Positions 50,714 to 62,750 of a stretch of DNA of 64,000 bases are shown here, piece by piece (within the stretch, counting starts at the first letter, position 1; each line of letters starts with the position of its first letter). The position numbers and the translations under genes were made by a program. The DNA is from Octopus vulgaris (lineage: Eukaryota), in NCBI GenBank assembly GCA_951406725.2, contig OX597833.1, forward strand, positions 68,882,001 through 68,946,000, read 5' to 3'. A model generated the notes under the pieces. It was given only the letters and a program-made list of their open reading frames with translations, had not been told where the DNA came from and did not search any database.

Positions 50714-51510
50714 TATATACACATATACTTGTGTGTGTTTGTGCGAACGAATACTGTTCCTTCTAACCAATATCACTACGGATATATCCATCACTAACAT
50801 TATATTAAATAATTTTTCATTAGATGTTAGATTTCAATCAATTTCCTGTCTAATGACACATTTCGGTTTCATAAATAAATGATATATTTCCTAGTTCAAT
50901 GCTCCATTATTGTTGTTATTCTTGTTGCAGTCTATGATAACCGCTGCTACTGGTGAAGCTGGCAAAGGTATTGTTGTGTCGTTGTTGTTGTTGCTGTTGT
51001 TGTTGTTGTTGTTGTTTCGGTTAATACCGTTTTTATTATTGTTTGTCTTATATTGCTATTACATTCAATACATTGTTATTATTTTCCTCGCCTTTTTTTT
51101 TTTCCTTGAAAGACATATCATCGTACATGATGAATGAATCATAATTTTCATGCGGCAATACAGAGTCAATAAATCTCTCGCACATTTTATTTTTCAATCC
51201 TTCAAGATTAGCTCGTTTAACTATTAGCTTATTATAATAGTTATCGTATGTCATCAAGCCATTTCAAATATGTCTCTCGTCATAATTGCTGTATATCGAA
51301 CGGACCCTGTTATGCCATTTATTAAACAGACATCTATACATTTGCTCTCCGCTCATTTATCGGTTACTGCAGATAATCAATCACCGAAAATGTCTAATCA
51401 CAAAAACTTCTCTTATCTTTTCTTCACAACAAACTCTTATAGACATATAGAGCTTTCTCTCTCTCTCTCTCTCTCTCTCTCCTTCTCTCTCTCCCTCTCT
51501 CTGTATTTAT

Positions 51511-51685
51511 GCGCCGGCGTGGCTGTGTGGTGGTAAGAAGCTGGTTTTCCAAATCACATGTTTCCGGGTTTCAGTCCCACTGCTTGGTACCTTGCTCTAG
51601 TTTCTTCTGTCATAGCCGCGGGCTGACTATTCCTTACGAAGTTATCGACCCTGAAAGGATGAAAGACAAACTCGACCTCGACGGA
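51511..51685. mobile_element. Diverged SINE A head (+) joined to a SINE B fragment (-)
   Basis: GTGGCTGTGTGG..CAGTCCCACTGC; TTATCGACCCTGAAAGGATGAAAG. Confidence 0.65.
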
Positions 51686-51711
51686 AGATGTTGTAATGGT
51701 TGACACAGTAT

Positions 51712-52000
51712 AAGCAGCAACCGAAGCTGATCCGCGCTCAAACTGCAACTGAAGACGATCCGCGCTCAAGCAGCAACCGAAGCTGATCCGCGCTCAAGCA
51801 GCAGCTGAAGCTGATCCACGCTCAAGCAGCAACCGAAGCTGATCCGCGCTCAAGCAGCAGCTGAAGCTGATCCACGCTCAAGCAGCAACCGAAGCCGATC
51901 CGCGCCTAAGCAGCAGCCGAAGCTGATCTGCGCTCAAGCAGCAAGTGAAGACGATCCGCGTCCAAATCGCGATTACAGATGATCCGCGTTCAAGCAGCAG
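51712..52000. repeat. 28-bp GC-rich minisatellite, ~10.3 units
   Basis: Unit AAGCAGCAACCGAAGCTGATCCGCGCTC; units 3-6 alternate between two variants; no spacers. Confidence 0.95.
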
Positions 52001-52413
52001 GGATTTATACGGAGGCTTAATGATATTGATTCACTGTGCATTGATATCTCAAGCAGCAGATTGAAAGTGAATGGAAAATGTATGTATGTAGTTCAAGAAC
52101 TGTCCACCGAGAATAAAGTGCATTCAATAATTCACCAACCAGGCAAATAGACTGCCTATAACAGACGTAAAGTAGGAAACAAAGAAATAGGTATTACCGA
52201 ATTAAAATCCAATGTTAAGTCAGAAAAATGTACATCTACACCGAACAAAGATCCTGCTGTACAATTGGAATAATTCAACAGATCCAATTCACATCGATTT
52301 TTTCCAGAATATGGAAAAAGCTAGCATGAAAGACCTTTGTCCAAAACTAGAAAGTGTCAAAAGACAACCAACTGGAGTCACCAGAGCGAAAGTCATCTCG
52401 CAATATGCTAATG

Positions 52414-52476
<63 letters not shown>

Positions 52477-52599
52477 GGGTGTGTGTGATTTTGTATAGAA
52501 GAATATATTAATAAAAGGAATTCCAACCTTGTCTGATTTTCACGTTTTATTTACAATCTTATAATATAATATAATAAAATAATAGAATTTTGAATGTTC

Positions 52600-52647
52600 A
52601 TTCTGATTGAACTTTCATGCATTAAAGTCTGCAATCTTCAGGTTCAT
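52600..52647 (-). ncRNA. Partial hammerhead motif in the Penelope pLTR
   Basis: CUGAAGA-U-UGCA(gacuuuaa)UGCA-U-GAAA; stems I and III are not clean. Confidence 0.45.
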
Positions 52648-52704
52648 GTAGTAGTGGTGACAATCATGCTTCAACATTTTTGACTGCAGCGAGATGATTG
52701 AATC

Positions 52705-52836
52705 TGTGCCTTAAATACAGCTGTGTGGGCTCCAGATTGCTAGGTTTTGCAAACTGTATTCTGACCAATCAGTGTGTAGTATCACTCAATTACTTAAGCT
52801 GATTGGTTGGTTGAGCCGATTGGTTTAGGCGTCACG
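52705..52836 (-). promoter_or_regulatory. Candidate pLTR promoter (CCAAT boxes, TATA-like)
   Basis: Minus strand TGACGC, two CCAAT (one more on +), TATTTAA ~70 nt upstream of the hammerhead core. Confidence 0.35.
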
Positions 52837-53751
52837 CTTTGTTGGACATATCAAGAGTCCTGTATCTTAACCCTGGTCGAGGCAGCAATTGTTGGGCTAT
52901 CTTTAGAAATGTTGTAAATAGCCTTTGTCAGAGATTTTTATATTTTTATATTTCAATTGTCATCATCATGATTGTCAGCACCTTAATTATTGTTGCTAGT
53001 GGTGATGGTGGTGGCAATAGAACTTTTAACCCTAAATAAGATAATTTTCCTGCTATCTAAGTATTATTATTATTGCTTATTTAGCTTGGGTTCGAATTTA
53101 TCAATAAAATTCTTTTCTCTGATTTTTCTCTCGATTTCACTTGGGCTGTGTAATTTGCAGAATGGAAATATTATATATATTTTCCGACCACATGTTGCTA
53201 GGTGGTTACTCAAAGGTATCTGACAGACCTCTGGGTCCCTAATCTGTTGTCGGTGTACACGTGAGCGATCTGATAGTACATTTCCCGTCTGACCTACATA
53301 TATTTCTTCACAATTTGGGCATTTTTATGCAGTAAATTAAATTTCTGCTTTTGAAGTTCATATTCGCGTTTGTGAATATTTTCCCGGTTTTTGTGTTTAT
53401 ATATTGGTCGGTATGTATGAATTGGCATCTGCCACAACGGCTATCATTGCATTTAGATACAGTGAATGTTTGGTCCTCGTTGCTAAGGTCAAATTTTGCC
53501 TTTGTTAGTAATTTTTCCACGTTTTACTAAGAACCATAGCTCGATCCGTGATTATATCTTTTAATTCATTACTTTGAGCAATGATTGGTAGGTTTTCTTT
53601 GGCAATGTTGAAGATATTCTGGTGACATGGGTTGTGTGTCACTATGAATGGTATGACTTGTTCTTGTTTTCTTCTTCCTTGGGTTGTCCTAAGTTGTTGT
53701 ATGGTTATTTTTATAGCCCGCTGTATGCCATTTTCTATAAGTAGAGATGGG

Positions 53752-53848
<97 letters not shown>

Positions 53849-54143
53849 CGCTGTACAGTGGATCTCACAAGAGATAACGCTGTAAATAATACCATGTAAA
53901 TATTACCTTTAACTATATATATATGTGTATGCACATACATACATACACACACACATATCAAGTATATGCCTACATAAACATACACAGACAGAAACATAGT
54001 CGTGTTTCCAATCATAACCATGTAACTATATAAATAACAAAAAGCATAATTTATAAAAACAATATTGGCGTTCACATAAAGTTGTTGTCTGAAGATTGGA
54101 TCTGGTGAAATTTACACAAAAACACACACACACATACGTGTAT

Positions 54144-54183
<40 letters not shown>

Positions 54184-54767
54184 TGCATATATACGTCAGT
54201 GTGCTTGTTTTTTTCTTATGTATTTATAATACGTCGATCAATATATGTGTGTTTCATGTGTCTTACTTTACTTAACCAACCTATATTCACCAAAAGATGT
54301 TCTGTTTAACTCAACGTTAAATTCAAACAGAATTTTTGTTCAGAATTTTTGTTCACTTCTCAAACTTTAATAAACTTAGATTCGTCTTTTTTTTTTAAAT
54401 TTTAACTTTTTTCCGAATATTTTTCTCACAAAATTCTTGACAACTCGTATATTCTGCCGACGCTTTATCACTGCTTTCATTTTCAGTTTTATTTTTGTAT
54501 TATTCCAAACGTTTTGTTTCTTTTTACAGATTTACCTCATTATCTTCCGGCTTTGTCGTCATGAATTCCATTAACTTATTCATTATTTTTCTGGTTATCT
54601 AGACTAGTCAAATGCCTCTTAGTTCGAACTTCTTTGAATGTTGTCTACTCTTATTTAAGGTTTTCGTTTGATTTCAATTTTGAAAGTATCTTTGGAGTAA
54701 CACCATTACTTCCCAGGAACTATCTGGGCAGCAGTGCCATCCAAACTCCCACATACCACTCTCTCTT

Positions 54768-54798
<31 letters not shown>

Positions 54799-54908
54799 TT
54801 GTATATTTATATATATATATATACACGCGAATATCACCTATAATTATATATACCCATAAATACATACATAAATATTGCTAAACCCTTAATTGCTTAGTAT
54901 TACTTATA

Positions 54909-54939
<31 letters not shown>

Positions 54940-54965
54940 CTCGGAGTAATTTATTTGGCTTCTAA

Positions 54966-55145
54966 GGCGGCGAGCTGGCAAGAACGTTAGCCCGCTAGGC
55001 GAAATGCTTATCTGTCTTTACGTTCTGAGTTCAAATTCTACCCAGGTCGACTTTGCTTTTCATTCTTTCAAGATCGATAAATTAAGTACCAGTTGCGTAT
55101 TGGAGTCGATCTAATCGACTGGCGTTGTGCCTAGAGTAGAAATGA
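54966..55145 (+). mobile_element. SINE family B variant
   Basis: GGCGGCGAGCTGGCA head and central block; different tail TTGTGCCTAGAGTAGAAA. Confidence 0.85.
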
Positions 55146-55149
55146 ATTT

Positions 55150-55565
55150 ATTTGGCTTCTTGACTGCTTCTTTTCCTCTGTGCCACTGATCTAAGCCACT
55201 GATCTCTAATGAGGCTGATTATGTCATGGAAACGTCTGTTGCAAAGTTCACAATGGATCCGTGTGGAGGCCTTGGTTGTTGCAGCGCCCACCTTTTGTTT
55301 GTTGCTGTTTCTCTTCTTTCCTCTGTCGTTCAGCTTCAAAATGATCGGTCTTAGTAGAGCTGGAATGATGCCAGCCGGGCCTGTCTTGATCTTCAATGTC
55401 CCAGGCTTTGGGATAGATTCCAGTGAGTTTTGGGATTTGCTTCAACTGGTCCTTCTATAGACGGAGGGGACTTTCACGGGATCTTCTCCCAGTGGAAAGT
55501 TCACCATATAAAATTTGACGCGGCAGCCTGCTCTATTTCATTCTCGCTACATGGTCCACTCAGGC
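55150..55565 (-). mobile_element. RTE-clade LINE ORF2 3' remnant
   Basis: HVARM / RLPRQILYGELSTGRRSR / GIYPKAWDIEDQDRPGW..FEAER / CELCNRRF..IISL C-terminal zinc-finger-like motif. Confidence 0.85.
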
Positions 55566-55672
55566 GGTGTTACAGGAGCGCAAGTGATAACGTCGAAATA
55601 TATGTAAACACGTCTATCTTTGACGGTGTACGATGAAATACCAAACACATCGGACACTGCAGTTTACAGCAT

Positions 55673-56541
55673 TTATTTTAAGTAAATGAAATACAGAGTT
55701 ATCTCCGTACTCCTCCATCGGAATTGTTTCCATAATGATTTATTCCCATCGCTACTGTTATCATTTGCATTCATTGAAATGTACTCCTTGGACTTATATA
55801 GATTGACGAATATTTTCATTCTGAAATGGGCAGCCCAGAGCGGACCTAAACGAAGTGTTGTACTACCAGCGAATGAGGACTTCGCATGAGAGTTGCCACT
55901 GTTTGCCGTTGCATTGTCTCTTATCATCTGATACCAGGTTTCACTTTGGTGAGGGTCTTTCTGCATTTGGTTATTAGAGTTTGGAACATCCCACAAGCAA
56001 TCTCCTGACGGAAGAATGCAATACTTTAAAGCGCTGAGTGTAAACGACATTCCGTTAATCTTCTCACCCAAAATGCAGTTCTTCGATCGCTGTTCTAAAA
56101 GAAACGTATAACTTATATTATAATGTTATTCAGAATCGCATAGCCTACATAAAAACTAATCAAAACAAGGCATGGACAAGAATTCTAGTGTAATTTCGAG
56201 TTGTTGAAATATTTCGGTGGAAGTGCAACTTGGACAGTTGACGGAGAAACATTAACGAGGATAATTTAATGCCAAGCTCGTGTAGGATATAATGGTGTTC
56301 AGTGTTACGTATAATGTATTAATTAAATTAATACCTGAACATTAGGTTACTATAAAAGTTAATATATTAAAATTTGCATTGAACAAAGTAAGCTGGACTA
56401 GCTGATGGAAATCCTATCAGATTTAACTTTGCTTTTATTTTCCTCGAGAGATCGATAAAATACTATTGAAATATGCAGTACCATGTGCGACCACAATCAA
56501 TAATACCCATTCTCTCAAATGTAAGAAACGATTACTGATAT

Positions 56542-56584
<43 letters not shown>

Positions 56585-57291
56585 GTACTCGTCTGTGTGT
56601 ACATACATACACACTATGTAAAGGTATTTAAACGATAATAATCTGAATAATTTGCGAAGAAATGTGTTAATAATTTTTCCATTATAAATTCTGTTTCTTC
56701 TCTATTTTTTCTTCTTTTCATGAAACGCATAAAGTTACTTAATGGAAAGCATAAATGTGTAGAACAAATTTTACTTCACTATTCATTATCTCATTATCTC
56801 TGAGTATAGCCTCGTTTCCACTTACACAACGGCATGTATTAGAGAAATTAGACTATATAATCGTTTTTACATATATTTTTCATGTAAGTAACGAGTCTTG
56901 TATAAAGCCCAATCTGTTAGAGATATGTGTGTGAGTGTGTATAAGAGAGAGAAAGAGAGAAAGAAAGCGAGGCAGACATACTCAAGAAGTTTCAAATGCA
57001 TTAGGATCTCATGGTATATGCTTAATATCTTAATCGGTTTACATACACATATATATATACAGAAAGAGAGATACAGTGAGAAAGAGAGTTAGATAGACAG
57101 TTACTGAATAGGGAGAATTATACTCCGTATATAGCACAACTATTTAGTGCTCGAAGTTAATTGGGCTATTGCAATACACACACATATATATATATATATA
57201 TACTTACACACACACACATAGTAAATGGTGCTGCCCCAGCATGGCCACATCTGATCAGCTGAAAGTGGTTCAGTTCATCTATCTATCTATC

Positions 57292-57341
<50 letters not shown>

Positions 57342-57415
57342 TGGAGATAGATAGATAGGTAGGTAGGTTTATATACGGGGTGCATTCCATAAGCTTAGAA
57401 ACACTTATCAGGCAG

Positions 57416-57469
<54 letters not shown>

Positions 57470-58511
57470 GACAGGCTTCTTTCAATTTCCGTCTACCAAA
57501 TCCACTCACAAGGCTTTGGTCGGCATGAGGCTATAGTAGAAGACAATTGCCCAAGGTGCCATGCAATGGGACTGAACCCGGAACCATGTGGTTCGTAAGC
57601 AAAGCTACTTACCACACAGCCACTCCTACGCCTATATATAATTTTTATTGTTGTGTGAAGGGAGAATCATTACGCCGATATTGATAAAACCTACATACAG
57701 TGACACACAGACACACACACGATTCGTTCTGCACACCGATGAATGGAAGTGATTTCCGTGCAAATCCTCGCAATTATGTTCTACACTAATGGAAAGAGAA
57801 AAACCTTTTCCTTCGTTTCTAATATCTTCTCAGTCTCCTTTTATATACGGTAATTAATTTTCATTTATAGCTGCCAGATATATATTATTCTCTTTATATC
57901 GAAAATAATTATTCGTTTTGAATAAAAACTTTTAACACTACCTTCCCAAAGTCCCGAACTCCACCACGTCTTTCCGTCTACCTGAGTACAGATTGCTCCA
58001 CATCTAAACGAACGAGTGTTTATACCATGTTTATGACGCATAATTACTACGTCAGCAGAAATCTATGTGGAACAATGCCTAGAGATAGATCATCGCTTAC
58101 ACTTTCACTATTGTCGGATGCGTTCTCGTTGTTAGAGAAAGCAAACTTCCGATAAACGAAACGTTTCCATTATCCGATATTGATATTTAAACCATTACGT
58201 GGTCTTGTTTTGAATATGAAGCTATTATTCGTAATATTTCCGGTTCCCTTCAGCATCAGTAAGCGCACGGATGATCCGCGGGTCAAAGTTTGTGTTGTGC
58301 ATCGAATATCAACGCAAAGGAATCCGACTTTGGATAGAATATCAACAAGAAATGCTGTAGTTTACAAGATCTATCGCAGAAGTGCAGAACATTCCTCGTA
58401 TTAATTACCATTATTGAAATCTCATGTTTGTGTCGCTGTTGTAGATCTTTCTGCTGCTAACAATATTTTGCGTATATTAAATCCATAGCATTTCGAACAT
58501 GACCAATGTGT
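55673..58511 (-). pseudogene. Degenerate two-exon FReD unit (58511-57982 and 56094-55673)
   Basis: Exon 1: DRSCKL..IFYPKS..RLDV / YS-G|GT. Exon 2 after TTTTAG in matching phase 1 and open for ~140 codons: KINGMSFT..ETWY..DG..LW..STEI*, with AATAAA at the stop. Confidence 0.5.
57415..57633 (-). mobile_element. SINE family A, 5' half plus microsatellite
   Basis: High identity to the family A head. Confidence 0.88.
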
Positions 58512-58594
58512 CTGCAAAGTTATTATATTTTGCTGTTATATCTAGCACATTAAGAAAACAATATAATGGCTGTCTCAGTAAGTCGTTTTCATTT

Positions 58595-58790
58595 TGCTTC
58601 TTGTTTTACTTATCACAGTAACCAGACTGCGCCCATCTTGGAGTACCGCCTTCATGGGTATGAGTCGGACAACTTGATCCTAACATATTGTTCTGAAAAT
58701 ATGGTACTTATTACGTCGATCGGTTTGCTGAACCGCTAGTTTACGTTATCGGAAGTGTGCCGACCCCAGTTTTCAAGCAGTGGTGTGGAT
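58595..58790 (-). mobile_element. SINE family A, old 3' half
   Basis: TTTTACTT..GACTGCG..GGAGTACCGCC..GAACCGCTA remnants. Confidence 0.6.
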
Positions 58791-59189
58791 AGTACCATCA
58801 GGGCACCTCATGTTGGGTAAGTCAACGTCAGCCGTCAGGAATATAGAGGTACGTTGATCCAATTATGGTTGTTATGCAACCATCATATATTATGAATTAT
58901 ATCTAATGATGTTCTTATTAATCATGAGAACGTTCTTCCGCTTTAGCAGCGTACTTTTACATCATTTATTAAGGTTATCTCTACGGATAGTCGATAGTGG
59001 CTATGTATTCGAGGATGATTAATGTCTAAGATGGGCGCTGATGACTGGACGAAAACACAAGAAATATGGCATATATGCCCATTACCCATTTTCGATTTCA
59101 TTGTCTGTATACATCTGACGTCTAGTATACGTTACGCAACAACAAGAAACAGTGCTGGCTATAATATTTGTAGAGATAACCTCAACAAA

Positions 59190-59288
59190 TCATATATATA
59201 TATATATATACACATGAATACACATATACACACGCATACATATATGTAGTTATACACACACACACACAGTTATACACACACACACAGT

Positions 59289-59338
<50 letters not shown>

Positions 59339-59387
59339 AATATATACATGAATACACATATACATACGCATACATATATGTAGTTAT

Positions 59388-59421
<34 letters not shown>
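59190..59421. repeat. Microsatellite block with an internal ~130-bp duplication
   Basis: CATGAATACACATATACA..GCATACATATATGTAGTTATACAC at 59213 and 59347. Confidence 0.85.
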
Positions 59422-60099
59422 CAAATATGCACATTGATCATACGTATGTGATCTGATACTAACCACTCGTTGTCTAAAAAAATCAGCTAGCCTAATCTGT
59501 TTTATTTCCTGTAGTCTTTGACATGCAAACGTCCAGTGGATAAATTTTCTGTGATCGTACACACTCTCAACGGTCCACGATAACCTTGTGAATAAGCTGG
59601 AATAACATTTTGTTTCTCTTCCGCTGAATACTTTTTTATTTTATTCCATTTGTATAAATTTTAGTCAAATATGTTTTCCCCATTAATATTAGTTACAAAT
59701 CTTTCTAATATTTAAACTTAATTTTTGCTTCATTAAACTCAACAGGTTGCAATTATTATTTCCAGATTAAAATAAGACATGAATAAACGCAAAGCATCTG
59801 ATATCCTGGGTTAGCAAATAAACGAAAATAATGCATATATTGGTGATAATATGTACAGGAAATAGGCAGGGAGCTTGCAGAGTAATTAGGGCCCCGGACA
59901 AAATACTTAGCAGCATTTCGTCTCTATTCCACCAATGTCAACTTTACCTAACGTTTACCCGCGATCAATAATAGTACAACTTGAGCAGTGAGATCGATGG
60001 AATCGACCTACCCTCTCCTCTAACCTTCAGGTTTTGAGTCTATAGGTGAAAGGAATAATTTGTAAATGAAACAATTATAATTGAATGGAACATCAAAAA

Positions 60100-60592
60100 T
60101 TGTTTTCTCATCTTTTCATGATAAGAGATATTTATTATAAGCAGTTTTTTATTTCCTAATGCCTTGGTAGATTTATTGTTCGGCTTTACAAAATTTGATG
60201 TTTCGCAACAGATACGTGAGAAATGCCAAAACTTGACAAAATTTATATCTGATTAGATTCGAATATGTATACGAATAGCTGAACTCCACAAGCTGTGAAA
60301 TTGTTTCATTTATTTTTACAATACATATAAATATATCATTAATATCTACCAGCTTTTCATCGAAATAAGATGATATTTTCAATTATAAAATACAAATTCT
60401 TCTACTCAATCACACTATTCTATATTGATGGCATAAAGAGAGATTTTTAGTTACAATAATACGAAACGTTTACAAATCTTTCGTCTTCATTTCTCTTGCC
60501 AGTTCATCTTAAAACTGTCTCCAAATTTTTTTCTTCAACAAATTGTTAATTTATTTCAGAATTCACCAATTCGACTTGCTGGAGTTCCTTTT

Positions 60593-60635
<43 letters not shown>

Positions 60636-60700
60636 TCGATCATGCTATCATAAAACTTGTTCAACTGTTCAGAAACTGCTCTAAGATACTTTTGTGAATC
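60100..60700 (-). pseudogene. Degenerate FReD segment interrupted by (TTTA)n
   Basis: 60546-60491 TIC*RKKFGDSFKMNWQEK (cf. TVIQRR.DGS.DF.RNW.EY). Confidence 0.5.
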
Positions 60701-60879
60701 AAATGCTTTCCTGAACTAGTTAACGAAATTAGTGATTTTGTTTTATTTTCTGTGCTTCTTTAATTTTCAATGGTGTCTTATTTTTAAATTGCATTATATA
60801 AACCAGGAAACCCTACACGTGACAATCTTGTTATGAGAACCTTACAGCGTTCTGTAAAATAAGGTCGTTGTACTTTTAC

Positions 60880-61200
60880 ACAAAGCCTTCGTACACTTTT
60901 GCGAATAACCTTCATTTAACAGGTTAAAATCTTGAATATTAGTAAATTAATGAGTTTTGCTTTATCCATAATGATTCTAAAGTTACGTTTTTGAATTACT
61001 TTCTACTGAAATAACGAGACTTAACCCCATCACTTTCGCATTCGTCAGAGTGTGGAAAGTGTCGATTGGATTCTTAGATACGACGCTGTTACGAAAGAGG
61101 TTTATTTTGCCTAATAATTCCCATCTTTAATAAGTTATGGAAGTTCTACGATTGGTAACGTTGGCAACAAAATTATGGTCCCTCATACCGATTTCATTCT
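60880..61200 (-). pseudogene. Degenerate FReD segment
   Basis: IKDGNY...IDTFHTLTNAKVMGLSLVI (cf. KDGFG...D.IH.LT...L.I). Confidence 0.4.
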
Positions 61201-61214
61201 ATATTTTCCTATTC

Positions 61215-61641
61215 CATGTTGCAGTAACTTGACTGCAACCATGCTGTCTTATTGCCTTGGAGGGTGTTAGTCCAACAAATGGATCCCAGGACTTACATTT
61301 TTTAAGCCCATTACTTATTTTATCGGTCTTTATTGCAGAGCCGCTAAGTTGCGGGGACGTAAACATACCAACACTCGTTGCCTAGCCGTGGTGGGTGACA
61401 TACACCGACATAAAAACACACGCGCACATACGTATGTTTGTATGTATTGCATGGATGTATATGCGTATGTATGTATACGACAGGATTCGTTCAGTTTCCA
61501 TCTACGAAATCTACTCACAAGGCTTTGGAAGAACATGGCTATGACAGAAGATACTTGACCAAAGTGTCGCGCTGTCGAACTGAAGTCGAAACCATGTGCT
61601 GGGGAAGCAAGCTCTTTTACCACATGGCTTCTATTGCGCCT
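61215..61641 (-). mobile_element. SINE family A, old full-length copy
   Basis: Diverged but colinear with family A. Confidence 0.8.
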
Positions 61642-61929
61642 CTATGTATTATTTTTCCCTAAAAGGTTTCACGATGGAAAAAGCACTATTTTTAGCTAAA
61701 ATATATAGTTTGATTCTTTGTTTACTTTATTTTTTTGGATTTTCTCTTAAGATTACATGATACACCTCAGTATATATACGAATAGAAAAAAATTGATTAC
61801 GAATTATGGCAGGCGTTCCATATAATAGCCGCATAATATGTGTGAGCGTCATTTCACTTGATGCAAGATTCAAATGAATTTGCTTTCAATAAAAAACAAC
61901 AGCACATTGTTTTCTCATCACAGATCTGT

Positions 61930-62250
61930 TCAGTTGTACTTGAAACCGATTCCACAATAGAATGAACAAAACAAAGAATTTAGAATCAATGTGTCAGGTG
62001 TAACCAAAATCATAGAAGACCAGAGGGGAAAATGGTGTCCTGTCATGGATGCTAGGCTTTATCCTTCACACCGTACTCTGAGTGCTAAATAATTTGTCTG
62101 ATGTTAACTGAATCGAAAATATTCCGCCAACGTTTGCAACATAGTCATAAATAACTCAGTTTTAGTCATCGATCACAGAGGCCCCGAAATGTGTCATAGG
62201 GACAGGTCCAACTCCATTTCAGATTAAAAGACGAAATTTTCAAAAGCCTT
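61930..62250 (+). pseudogene. Degenerate FReD N-terminal segment
   Basis: QLYLKP...EFRINV...RGKWCPVMDAR. Confidence 0.3.
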
Positions 62251-62304
62251 CCACACGTAGAATTTCATCTGTGTATTTTGGTTCTTTAATATAAATTCAA
62301 ATCA

Positions 62305-62750
62305 AGGCGGCATACTTGCGGAATCGTTAGCAGGTCAGGCATAATGCTCAGCGGCATTTCGTCCGTTTATATATATTCTAAGTTAGAGGGCGGCGGGGAG
62401 ATGGCAGAAACGTTAGCGCGCCGGGCGAAATGCTTAGCAGTATTTCGTCTGCCGCTACGTTCTGAGTTCAAATTCCGTCCAGGTCGACTTTGCCTTTCAT
62501 CCTTTCGGGGTCGATAAATTATGTACCAGTTACGCACTGGGGTCGATATAATCGACTTAATCCGTTTGTCTGTCTATGTTTGTCCTCTCTGTGTTAGCCC
62601 CTTGTGGGTAGTAAAGAAATATATATTCTAAGTCCAAATTCTGCAGCGGTCGACTTCGTCTTTCATCCTTGTGGGGTAGATAAATTAAGTATCAATCAAC
62701 TTACTCCATGCCCTAAATTGCTAGCCTTGCGCCAAAATTTGGAACCGATA
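62305..62750 (+). mobile_element. Young SINE B (62384-62620) nested in an old SINE B
   Basis: 15-bp target site duplication ATATATATTCTAAGT at 62369-62383 and 62619-62633. Confidence 0.92.

Larger units (their letters stand above)
52512..53755 (-). mobile_element. Penelope-like retroelement 3' fragment: linker, GIY-YIG endonuclease and pLTR
   Basis: YPSLLIENGIQRA..IPFIVTHNP..KCNDSRCGRCQFI..KSRNLIYCIK / CPNCEEIYVGQT..LSDR..HRQQI..IREKNFIDKFEPKLN* (stop 53070-53072); frameshifted; flanked by (TA)n. Confidence 0.92.

Noticed and set aside
51712-52000. CRISPR-like 28-bp repeats
   Set aside because: Units are directly adjacent with no unique spacers; eukaryotic context and no cas genes
59035-59065. 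CTGATGA...GAAA hammerhead-like string (similar strings at 15342, 25001, 54089 and 61030)
   Set aside because: No credible stems or cleavage triplet
60700-60730. LINE RT motif FRKAFDS on the minus strand
   Set aside because: Isolated motif with no downstream RT motifs; the adjacent sequence fits FReD
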